A DNA stretch of 64,000 nucleotides from Camelus dromedarius (lineage: Eukaryota). Position 1 is the first letter of the stretch; each line of letters starts with the position of its first letter. Below are positions 1 through 11,600 of this stretch, one piece after another. A model generated the notes under the pieces. The model saw only the letters and a list, made by a program, of their open reading frames with translations. It did no database searches and was not told the DNA's origin. Location of the stretch: positions 71,550,001 through 71,614,000 of the forward strand of contig NC_087437.1 in the NCBI RefSeq assembly GCF_036321535.1. Direction: 5' to 3'. Made by a program: the position numbers and the translations under genes.

Positions 1-755
1 GGTGGGTAAAACTGCTGGGACTTTAGGCAGTGGCATGACAACTGTGCTAACAATCACTGTATTTTTAATAATCATAAACTCACAGTAAAAAAAAAGGCAG
101 TTTTGCTTTAGAATCTCCTTGATGAAGCACAAGTTAATAATTTCATTAAATCTTCACTCTTGAGTACACTTCCTTTTAATATTCTTTTGAAACATCAAAT
201 TAGTATTGCATGAGCATATGGAAAGCAAACATAAAGCACTTCCACTGTAAACTGGAGGATGGTGGTTTTCATAAGGAAAAGCACTAGCGCTGAATTGCAG
301 AATGAAATCGTGGCTTCCTTTATGGGCTACTATTATTAGCTGAGAAAATGACCACAACCTGTGGTTATTCAGACTTGGTATCTGGCGGACATTTTCTCAC
401 AAAGTAAGTGGAATGAGCCCTTCACTGTATCCACTATAGTGAGCTTGACAGGTTCCCATTAAGACCTCTCTGATGAGATAAGTAGTGATATAAATGAATA
501 GTATGTATAGATATATATTTAAAGTTAGTGATTATATAATTACATGTGTGAGTGTTTGAAAGATATGCACAATTTAGTGAACCAATATTTTCCAAGTGAC
601 CAAGGCATGCTGCTACAAAACCATGCAGGGGTGAAAAGATCCATTCAAAATGAAAGACAAACCAATGGATTTTAACATTACAAAACATGAGAAATTCACT
701 GATATAGTTTTAAATAATCGTTGGGAAAATACCATTTGTTGACTGTTGGTATAGT
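1..755. mobile_element. Degenerate hAT-Charlie DNA transposon fragment (Charlie1-like)
   Basis: Recognisable consensus pieces such as ctccttgatgaagca, cttgagtacac and ggttattcagacttggtatctggcggacattttctc. Confidence 0.65.
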
Positions 756-3132
756 ATCTGTCTCAGCGTGGTGGAATGAAACCACTCCCAGCCACCAGGA
801 ACAAAGATGGTTCAGCCATGCATGGGAGTTGTAGACTCTGCCTGATCTACTGGACCAGCAAAGATCACTTTGAGAGCAGCTTTGGAGGACTTTTTGACTC
901 TTGACAGTTTTTTTGAGTCTCTGAATGTGTTTTAGGAAATTTAAAAAACCACTGTATTCCTGGGCTTTCTCTCCACTGTTGTTTCTGAACTAACGGGCTC
1001 CCAATTGAAACCTGACACCTTTGCCAGATGCAATCACTGAATGTATAAAAAGGACTTTGGTCCTTAACCTTATAAACTTAGAAATTTAAGGAAGAGTCCT
1101 CATATGAACGCTGCTATTCCAGTTTAGAGAGCCCAAATGATCCAAAGTTGCAATTTTACTGGTTAGCTTTCCTAAAGCACAATAGGTTTCATTGTTACTC
1201 AGGTTTATATAACAGACACATACCTTCCGAAGTTTTGAAAAATCTCTTTTTGTTAACATGGTCAATGGTTATATAATTCTAAGCTGTGTGTTTTGCATGT
1301 ACAGATACAAGCGCCAATAAAAGTTGAATCTTCATTGCAACACTATCTTCCCTGTTTCAGGTTTTGTTACCTAATTTGTTACTCATTTCTGGCTGTTCAT
1401 CTAAGTTTCTGAACCTTTCACTTCACCTGGTGAACACTGACTTCTCTAAGTTTCAGTTTCTCCATCTGGGAAATGGGGATAATAGTAATAATACTGACTT
1501 CACGGGGCTGGTGGTGGTAAGTATCTCAGGATTAAACATGGAGTGTATATAAAATCTTTGGCAGAATGCCTGATGACAGATGTATGCTGTTTTAATGATC
1601 AGTTCTGCCAACTTTACTCTGGTAGAGGTTGGGAGATGGGAATTGAGGGCAATAGTTTTCAACAGTAAAATCCCAGTAAAAGGACAGCAGGAAGGGGTTG
1701 TTGCAATTCCTAAGAATTCCTAACAATTAGGGGGATGTAGCTGTTGTTTGTAGCTGTTGTTTCTTCGAGGATGGATTAAAAGGATCCCCACCCCAACCAT
1801 CTCGCTCCCCAGATCTCTGTTTTCTGCTGGGATTAAAACCGGGACTTTCATTTTTCTTATGAAAACTTTGAGGTTGTCAGTTCAAATTATCTCTCTTATT
1901 TTTCTGATTTCTCCCCTTTTACCTGGAGAGGACACGATATTCTCCTCCTCTGGGCATGACACAGCATGTTGTGAGAGCCCAATAGGTTTAAGCTTCCTGC
2001 TAGTTCAAATACCATATTTTCAAATACTGCCCAGCTCAGCAGCCTCAGCTCAGTGGAGCCCAAGTGTCCCTTTCATTTTGCTTTTAGCCATCCTGAAAAC
2101 AAACAAAATCAAACCCATAAATGCATCACATCAAAAGTTTATCCATCCCCCTCTGGCCCAGTCCTCTTCCCCCACCCTTTTTACAGAGTTCTCACTAAAA
2201 CAACATGCTCTAGGCTCTTTCCATCCTGTGTGCCACCAACTCCACCATCTGGTGCTTCTCAGGAAGTTAAACAACTTTCTTTTCCTTCCAGTTTACTCTT
2301 TAACTTCCATTACTCAAAGAAGTAGCTATTTTCCCCTCCATGTCCCAATTAAGCCTCAGTTTACCTTCTTGTTTAATGCCCTCTTCCAAATTTGTAGTTT
2401 CTAGGGATGGTTCAGGCTGAAATCTCATAGTTCTCTTCCCCCAAGGCTTTCATAAAGCCCTTCCGCTTGAACCTGACCTTCAACTGAATCTCAATTCAGT
2501 CTTTCAGATTTAGATTTAGATTTCTTGCCTCATCTCAGTTTTCCTTCTTCTGAATGCTCCAGCCACCTAGTTATTACATTGTTCTAGCACTTGAAAGTCA
2601 ATTTGAAATCCTCTGACGTGGTTGGAGCAATCTTAGCAACAGTCAATTTTCAAATGTACAAATTTCAAAGTTGTACATCCCTGAGAACTGGTACCCTCTC
2701 TCTGATACTGAGCAGAGTCCCCTCTGATTATTTTGTTTCTTTGTTTCATTGTGTAGTAGATCTGGAGACCACAAGTGGAAAAAGCCTGCACCTCCCTGCA
2801 GAGGTCTCTTCTGGAGACCTTCTAAATATCCTTTCTAGGAATTTGGTTTTGAGAGAGATGCTATGTTGTATCAGTAATGTAGGGCTTCATGTCTGGGGAT
2901 AAAATTTGCTGATAATTATTTGGACTTTTTTTGTTCTACACCTAACGACAAAATTCTCCTAAGGCCATTCTCTCCTTGGAGCTCTTTGCCTACTTATAAT
3001 TAACAAATTATTTGTTTTATGTGTATCTTCCCTTTTGGACCACAGACCCCATGACAGAAAACACCCTGTGTGTTTTGCCCATTGCTGTGCCCAGTTCCTC
3101 ACAGTGTTTGGCCCAATTATTTCTTTTCTTTC

Positions 3133-3226
3133 TTTTTTTTTTTTTAAATGGAAATACTGGGGATCGAACCGAGGACTTCATGCAGGCTAAGCACACACTC
3201 TACCACTGAGCTATACCCTCCCCACC
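3133..3226 (-). mobile_element. tRNA-derived SINE (camelid Vic-1-like)
   Basis: Reverse complement reads gggagggtatagctcagtggtagag...ggttcgatccccagtatttccattt followed by poly(A); A and B boxes present. Confidence 0.9.
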
Positions 3227-4136
3227 AAATACTTCTTGATTGACTACTGACTGAAGCAGTATTTCTGATTCTGTGCAAGTGAAAAGAGAAGTGGTGAAGG
3301 AGAGGATAGAGGGGAAATGGGCCCCCGAAAAGCAAGTTACTTTATAAAGTGTCCCAAGTGGAGAAAGAAGCAGAATAAACCTCAGGCCTGAATTTGTCCT
3401 CTTCCTCTAAGGGGCCTGCCTAGATCTGGGTGTGCAGGCTTGCGAAAGGCTCAGATAAGCAGTGTAATAAAAATCATAAAATGCAAATCAACTTTTTTTT
3501 GTGTGATGGCAGCATTACAGCACCCTAAAAGAGAGTGCTTTTGAATTATTTTGGATAATCCTCCGTTTAAAGGCCGTAGTGTCCTAATTCACAAAGAACG
3601 TCAAGAGTTAGAGGAAATTAGGGGTCCAGGAGCCAGCCACGGTGGGGTTGTATGTCCTGACTTGAAAATCTCTCTGTTCAAATCTCTTGTTTACTAAATC
3701 ATAACTCTAATCCTGGGACACAAGATGGGAAACCCAGACTTTATCTAGCACGACTAAAATGTGATATGACTTCAAGGCTATTTCGTGGTGGTTAGCTATT
3801 TTTCATCTCCGATGAAACAGTAAGTCTTAGGTGACAGGAACTTCAAGGCAATGAAAAAGATGTAGGACAGAGCCAGGGAATTTTAAAAAATTTATTGTTC
3901 AGGGAAAATTACGAAAACTTCCAATCTAGACCTATTCAGAAAGAGAGCAGAGCTCTGTTTCCCTAAGACTGGGGAGCAGAAGGTAATTCCATGTGAAGGA
4001 TGGTCACCAATTAGTACTCTCCGTGCTTCACCAAGAATAGCAAGACCACCCTTCAGGAAACCTCAGGAAGAAATGCAGCCCCCTTACCCTTGGAGTTCAT
4101 TGGGGTCAAAAAAGTAAAAAAAAAAAAAAAAAAAGG

Positions 4137-4157
4137 GTGTGTGTGTGTGTGTGTGTG
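4137..4157. repeat. (GT)n microsatellite next to an A-run
   Basis: Direct reading. Confidence 0.9.
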
Positions 4158-4305
4158 TCTCTTTTTGCAGAGGAATCCAGTCCAAGGGAAAACTCCACCA
4201 CTATGGCCTTTAGGAAACTCACTGATGAAAGCTGATTCATAACCCTCGCCACATTCATTTGAATTCATGTGTGCTAAGGCCTGAGATTTAGCAGCCACTT
4301 AAACT

Positions 4306-4913
4306 TGTTGACGATGTTGCCTTAATATCGAGAATACAGTAAAACGTAGTCACGCAAATATATCTTGTCCCCACTGAAACTGTGGGTAATTAGTCAAATC
4401 CATTTCACCTGCCTTCACTAATCAAGGTTGTTTTAAAACTTGCCTGTCCTCCGAAGGGCAGTTAGCTTAAACAATAAGATGTTTGCCCAAGTTGTTGTGA
4501 ACCGGTGGAGTCTAGCTCAGCTGAGCCTAGCATAAGCCGCTTCCAGTTGGAGCTGAGCTGGTTAAGACTAGATGGGACCACGATCCCTCAACTGGGCATG
4601 CGCGAGGGTCGGCGCCCTCGGTGACCTTTCCGCGAGCAGAGGCCTGTAGCCTAAGTACGCCTGCGCAGAACCACAATCCCGCACCTTTTCCCGATCGCTG
4701 TCCTTACACTCCCCACACCTCAGACCAGCCTGCTTCTTCATCCCCTAGCCCCTGTATACCCTGGTCCCTTGCCTTCTGAGAGGAAGATTTGAGATTTGTT
4801 TCCCCCCTCTTCTTGCGGGGTTTCCTTGGCGGAATTAACTCCATGCTGCAAACCGCTGCGTCTCAGCGTTTTGGTTGCTGTAAATCAGGCGAAACGAACC
4901 TGGTTCCGTAATA
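4306..4913 (+). mobile_element. Solo ERV1-type LTR, CpG-rich
   Basis: Starts TGTTG and ends ...ggcgaaacgaacctggttccgtaata, a typical ERV1 U5 end; R-like gatttgagatttgtttcccccctctt; about 610 bp. Confidence 0.7.
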
Positions 4914-6830
4914 CGGCCGAAGAAAACAAAAGCGGCTGTAATCTGGGCAGAATAATGGTAAGCAAAGGCTTTACACTGCCTCAGGCAGAGGCCTGTTGTT
5001 TCTTTACTCATAACGCTTTTCTTTAGTTTCACCAGAAGACGTTAGAATTACTTCAAAACCGGAGTGACCCTCCCAGACCTTCTCTTCCTGGGACCTGTTT
5101 TTGTCCCACAGGTTAAAGTCCCCCTTCATCTAGGCTTTCCCTATAGAACAGCTGGTGATAAGGGTGGTGGTGGCGGCGAGGGGTAGGGGGTGGGCAGGGG
5201 AGGCAGAAATGTTTATAAATGGCATCCCCTGGACCGAGGTAGTAATAGCTACTCGAGAGAGAGGAGAAAAATCTAGGTTTTCTTTGAGATTCCCAGGGTA
5301 GAGCTGGCAGTAATGAGGTGTAACTGTACATAGCCAGACTTTCCACGTGGCCCCAGCTTTGGTAGTGATTTTTCATCTGTGTTGGAGTAAGAGTAGTGAA
5401 ATGCAGCAATAAAGGTGGGTAGGGGATGCTGGGGCGGGCGGGGAGGTTTGATAACTCTGGGCAGTTTGTCTGAAGGTGAAGAGGCCTCCCAGCCTCTTCA
5501 GGGCCTCCTGTAACTGAGGACAGGAAATTGCACAGCTGGTTTCAATGAAGGGCGCCTAGAGGCATGAGCTGCCAGCTGAGCAGGGAGACCTGCCCTTGCC
5601 CAGCAGCTCTGCAGGATTCAAGAGGTGCGTGTGAGGATCATCTCTGTGCAGGCACTGCTCCTGGTACTTTGCACATCTCCACCTTTATCACCCTCAAGTA
5701 GTGTCATGTAGATGTGGTAGGTGAAGATCAGAGAGTTCCAGCAACTTGCCCAAGATCACACAGCAAGCAGGTGACTAAAGTCTGACTTAAGAATTTTTCT
5801 CGGACTCAACTATTCCTTCTACGAAGAATGTTTATCTTTGTTTTTCCTCCCTCCCTCCCCAAGTTTCAGAGAGACAATCTCCCAGGAGGAGAAACAATTG
5901 AGTATTTGTTTTACTGACATGCATTTTGCTACCCCACAGAACATTCTGGTGGCTGCTTGGAGCTACAAAGCAGCAGCTGCCACTTTCTTTGCCCCAGGTG
6001 CTGACTTGGTGATTGCCTTCGGTCATGGAAAGTCCCTTCCCCAGATAGACTCTGGTTTTCCACTGGCTTTTGCTGCTGCTAAAATAAAACCGAGCTAATC
6101 CCTCAACCCTCTAGCGTTAACAGGTGGGGCTGCCTCTCCCGCATTCATCAGAGGTGCGAAGAGGCCATTTTTTTTTTTTTTTTTAATGTGCACCATTTTG
6201 CCCCTCTGGCCACCACGTCTCTGTCCACCAGCTGGACTGCTCTTGTTACTCGGTGCCTCTCTGCCAAGAGCCTCTTCACAGTGGCTGTCTTTCTCCGGTT
6301 ACCCTCCTGCTGCACTTGGCTTTCAGTTCCCTTCTCTTTTGGAGAGCGAAGCCATGAGCACAGACAGAATTCGCACTGCATGTGGCCTGCACTGCATGTG
6401 GATGAGGGACCAGGAGTAACTCTGGCTGCCCCTCCACCCGTGGTCCTGTCAGCCCCACAGGTGCAGCTGAACGGCTTCCTTGTGTCCTCCAACCTGGAGT
6501 CGGCATTGCAGAAAGAACTTGCAACACGTACATTTAGAACTGATGTTTATAAGAGCAGGGTTGGGTTTTTAGTCCTGCTGCTGAGAACAAAGCTGACCAC
6601 AATGTGTGAGTTTATAGCACAAGACTTTGTCGAAAAACATCCAGAAAAAAAAAATACAACAGCACAATCCATCCATTTCTACAGGGTCCCCTCCCCATTT
6701 CTATGGACATATTTCCCAAACAAGTTACCAAACAGGTAACATGTCCTACAATGTGTTTACTTCAGGCACAGGGCTATTTGCACAGATTTTGTTGTTCAGA
6801 TTTCCTCTTCCTTTTTTTTTTTTTTTTTTT

Positions 6831-8628
6831 GATTTGAAACTTTTATTTAAATTTAAAATTTATTATTATCTAAAAATAAATGAATTAGGTCAAATCAGCG
6901 AAAGTTAAACAGGTTCGAAATTTCTGTTAGATGTTAGACTAATGGAACCATTTAATAGGTGGCCTTTATATGGCCTATGGAAGCCAGCAATTTTTAAGGA
7001 ATGAAGAGTAACAGAAGACCAATTACAAATTTGGGGGCATTCTGGGAAAAAAATCACACGATGTTTCATTGAAAATATCTTTGTTTTTAAAAATCAGGGC
7101 AAGTTTGCTATTCAACCTTCCAAAAAGTGTTTTTGAACATTATGCAAATATTTTAGGGAAAGACTAATATATTTTAAAAGAGTGGCTGATAGGTTTCTCT
7201 AGTGCAGGGTCAGGAAAGGAGAAGTGACAGGGGACTTCAATTTCACAGGCAAATACATCATGTGTGCACATTTGTACGTCAATTTTCTGATGACATCACC
7301 CTGTAGGTAACAAGGGAATCTGGTCAAAACAGGACTTCCTGGGGGCAGAGCTACCAGACAGAGTGGAGTGGGACGCTGAGCTTTTCACATGTACTGGGGA
7401 GAGGATGTGAATCAGGTGCAACAAAGAGACAACCCTAAATCAGCCGTGCTCTTTGCAAATGGAGAGGAGGGTGGAATGCATTCCCCCTGAGAGTGACTTC
7501 CAGAGAGAACTTCAGGAGCCAGTCTAGAGCCCCCCATCTGCATAAAGCAGCAGAGAGGGGGGCTTGGCCGGTGGTACAGGAGCCCTAGTGCGGTGCCCCT
7601 GGTTAGAACACTTATTCCTTCCCCAAGGGTGATGCGGGCACAGAATGAGCTGTTTGGATTGGAGGCACGAGGAAGTGCTTCTGCCTTCGCTGCATCTGCT
7701 CCAGAAGCCCCGGCCTTAGGGTGAGGCTTGTTTGCTTGCTGCTAATGTCACCAGTCTCTTAGTGCTGTTGGTCATTTCTCTTGTTCCTCCTGTTGCTGGA
7801 AGGGGTTTCCGGTTTCTCCTTCCCTGTAGAGCTCGTTGGTGGACTAACAGGGCCTTCTCAAGAAGGCAGAGCCTGAGTCATGGGGTCAACACACAACGGT
7901 GACATGAAGACACCAAGGAACAGGGAAGTGCCCACGCCTTGGTCCCGGAGACAGTTACCCGCCAGGAGTATGCAGCATGGCCCTGGAGTCAGTCCTCATG
8001 TGGTTGGGAACCAGAGGGATGCATACAGCACTCCTGACTCCTGCTGAAGAGGTGACGAGCTGTGCTATAAAACGTCTGTCCCAGGTGGGTAGGGCCTTGG
8101 GTCTGCCCTCTACCAGACTGCAAGGAGTCCCATCATCCCAGGACCTTGGAGAAGCGGGCTTGTGTTCTGGGACGTCTAGAGCAGCAGATGTTACAGAGGT
8201 GCACAGGGGGCCGGCCCTGAGTTTCTGGGCAGGAAATTGGAGGTACTGGCCTTTCTGGGCAGGGAGGCAGCTGGAGACAAGAGAGCAGCATGGTTCCCCT
8301 ATGGCTGCAAGTCTCAGGTGAGGGTGGGAGGAGTCCCAGGACAGAGCGCTGACTTTGATGCAGCTTTTGTCCATGTCTGAGTCGTGATGGAAGGGGTGGT
8401 GAATGTCTTGGCTCTGCAGGGCTTGCGTCTATCCACAGCCATGGCTTCCCTTCTGCCTCCCTTCTTGCTGGTTTGGGTCGCCCTGCAGCATCTCCCCTCC
8501 CTGTGTGAATGTGTACAGAGCTGACCCGTGGAGCATTTGGCAGTGGTTACTTTGCTGCAGTCCCTGTATTTTTCATGAAACAGCACCAAGATCGATCACT
8601 CCCACTCCCCGCTCTTAATGCTGGATGC
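6831..8628 (-). other. SIDT1: Probable SIDT1 3' UTR
   Basis: Repeat-poor sequence from the stop codon to the first minus-strand AATAAA pair I found (6859-6864 and 6842-6847). Confidence 0.7.
6842..6864 (-). terminator. Tandem AATAAA polyadenylation signals of SIDT1
   Basis: tttatt on the + strand at 6842-6847 and 6859-6864 in an AT-rich block. Confidence 0.7.
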
Positions 8629-8691
8629 TTAAAAGACAGGGATCTGGTCTCTCCGAACCACATCCAGGTCATCATCCAGGGTTAACAAAAC
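8629..8691 (-). CDS. SIDT1: SIDT1 exon 25, coding part with stop
   Basis: [20 protein letters not shown] followed by TAA; tctcag acceptor. Confidence 0.96.
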   Translation of the reverse strand, partial: VLLTLDDDLDVVRRDQIPVF

Positions 8692-11600
8692 CTGAGAGGA
8701 GAGGGGCAGAGAGACAGAGGAACACAGTCGCAGTAAGTCCCTGCTTTCTCTCTCAGACTCACAAGTGCTCTCACTTGATTTTGTGTTTGCTGCAGCTTCC
8801 TGCAGTGCCGTGCTCTTAACAGGCACTTGCTATAATTATATAGCTCATTTATTAGTTAATTCAAATATTAATCAAGGGTCTATTATGTGATATTCTAGAT
8901 CAACTATGTTTGGAACAAAAGAGACAAAAATTTTTACCCTGATGGGGCTTAAATTTGATGGAGGCCTTCAGACATGAAGCAAATGCATGAGCAAAATCTA
9001 GTACGTTAGATAGTAATATGTACTAAGGATAAAAATTAAACTGGAGGGACTATAGGAAGTATGGGATGGAGAGAGGTAAAAAAAAAATTTTGGGGGGTGG
9101 CCAGGGACATCTGTCATTTAGAAGGGGACATTTGGGTCAGAGCCTAAAGAGAATGAAATCTTGTTGCATAGAATATTACTGAGTAAGAACAGTACCCTCA
9201 TCCTCCATTTTATTCCCTGTATCACCACTCTCTCCCCATGGAACTCTAAGCTCGACCTGAGAGAAAGTGCCTATCAAAAAAGCAGAAAGGAATGATTCTC
9301 GTAGAGATTGGTTAAACTTCCCAAACTGGCCACTAGGGGGCAGCCCTGCTCCACTCTTGAGGTTACATGGTGGAGACTAAAGCTAAGTGGGCAGTGTGAA
9401 CCCAGAAGGCCTAGCAAGGATGTTATTTGTTAACTGACCTTGTGTACAGGCACCACGGACTCTTATTTTGGAAAAGTCAAAATTAAGACGAAAGGATGCC
9501 AGCAATGATCGTCCTGGGTTGTTATAGTGTGCATGGCTTCTGCGAAGGTGTTCGGGCAAAAAAATGGAGGGACTACAGGAGAGAATTGGATGAGTCTGGT
9601 TAGAAGGCAACAGAGGCCTGGCTGCTCTCCTGAGCCGCTCCAGGAATGCGTAAACTATTTGTAAGAAATTCAGTGAGACTGGAAGACGGGGAGGAACGTG
9701 AGTACAGCACAAGGAGGAATAACCTAATGTTGTTGAAACTGTAGCCAGTGCCAAAAGCGGTTCTGGGGGACCTGGGCATGTGAGTTCTAATCACCAGATC
9801 AGTCCAAATACTATGCAACTGAAGGAACATTATCGCTCTGTGTCTTTAAAGTATTGAAGAGTAAGAGGAAAATAAAGATCTAACCAAAGGATACAATGTA
9901 AAAAAAAAAATCTCTGCATGAATTACAATAAAGAGTTGGAAAGGGAAATTAAAAATTCAAAAGGGATGTAAGGAAGAAAGGAAGAGAAAAAAGAGCACAG
10001 GATGTAAAGAGAGGAAATGAAAAGGTTTTATATACTCACCAAGAATGAGAAAAACAGGGCAGTCGCAGAGAGGAAGTGCCAGATGTCATGGTCATCAAAG
10101 AAATCCAGCAGGATACACTCGCGGTTCTTCTCCCGGGATTCGGCTGGGGTTCCCTGGAAGAAGGTGAGACAGGGACAGGATGTGGGGCAGCAGGCCCACA
10201 GTTCAACTCTTTAGAAGGCTGAGTATCCGGAAATCTACAAAATTGCTACTAGATGCCTGTGTCAAAACGTTAGCTTCCAATAAAACATACGTCCACACAA
10301 AAATTTGTCCACAAATGTTCCCAGCAGCAGCATTCCAGCATTCATAAAAGTCCAAAAGTGGAAATGACCCAAATGTCCATCAGCTGATGAACAGACAGAT
10401 AAAATGCAGGATATTCACACCATGGAATATTCAGCAGTAAAGACATGAAGTGCTGATACATCTACACATGGGTGGGCCTGCAAAACATTATGCTGAGTGA
10501 TGCAAGCCAGACTCAGAGACCACACGTTATGTGAGTCCATTTATATGAAATTTCCATAACAGGTAGATCTGTAGAGACAAAGGGTAGATTTGGGGTTGCC
10601 CAAGGCTATGGGGTTTGGGAGAAATATGGTGTCACTGCTAATGGGTGCAGGTTTTTTTCTGGGGTGATTAAAATATTCTAAAGTTGACTGTGGTGATGAT
10701 GGTGATGGAGACCTAAGACTTCCTCCCTGTTCGGTGCCTCAGATGATATCACCAGTTTCCTAGGTGAAATGGATTAATAAAAACTTGTGAAATGGATTAA
10801 TAAAAACCTGTGCCTGGGCATACGGTTGGTGATTATGATGCAAAAGTTGGAGAAGATACACTAATCAAGGTCTTTGTACATATTACACATCCATTGGGAA
10901 CAGGGTCGTACTCAAAGTACGACACATAACGATCACATTTGCAGTGTTGGTAGGGCTTCCACAGTTATGAACCACCACCCTGATAATGATGACAACGTGC
11001 CATTTATTGAACATTTATGTTTGGATATTTAAAACCATCCCCTTTGGCGGGGGGAATTATGTTTGTTTAATTAATTTTTTGATGGAGGTACTGGGGATTG
11101 AACCCAGGACCTTGTCATGGTAAGCAGGCACTCCACCACTGAGCTATACTCTCCCTCCTAAAACCATCCCTTTTAGAGAAAACTTTCAGATTAGAGAATA
11201 TAAAAAAGTAGACAGCAACAAGCACACAAGGAGAAGGAGGGAGGAAGGTCAAAAAGGCAAAATGGAGAGAGGACATCATCTTGGAAAAGAAAACTGTTCT
11301 TACCTCCCAGCTGCTGAGATTCTGGAAGAAAAAATACAGGGCGGCAGCCCACACCACGGCAGTGGCCACGATGCAGAAGAGTGGGATCGGGAGGACCTTC
11401 TCAGAGCTGCGAAGCTGCGGGTGAGAGCAGATGCCGCCAAACTGCACCCACCACCCTTGGGGGGCCTGCGGCACCCAGCTCCCAGCCGCCACTCTTACCT
11501 TCATGATGATGTAGAAGGCCAGGTAGAGCAGCAGGTTACAGATGAAGATGCCCAGCATGTAGGAAGCAAAGTCCCTGGGTCGATAGATCAGTCCGAAGAG

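Noticed and set aside
1757..2404. 215-aa plus-strand ORF
   Set aside because: Non-ATG start, composition driven by pyrimidine-rich DNA, and no recognisable domain.
3150..3226. tRNA gene-like sequence (also at 11080, 16410, 21480 and 26040)
   Set aside because: A and B boxes are present, but A-tails, target-site duplications and multiple diverged copies show they are SINEs.
6198..6215. CTCF-like tgcccctctggccacc
   Set aside because: Spacing does not fit the core consensus.
6148..6739. Overlapping ORFs (up to 183 aa) beside a T-run, as a processed pseudogene
   Set aside because: No recognisable protein similarity, no poly(A) signal before the A-run and no target-site duplication seen.
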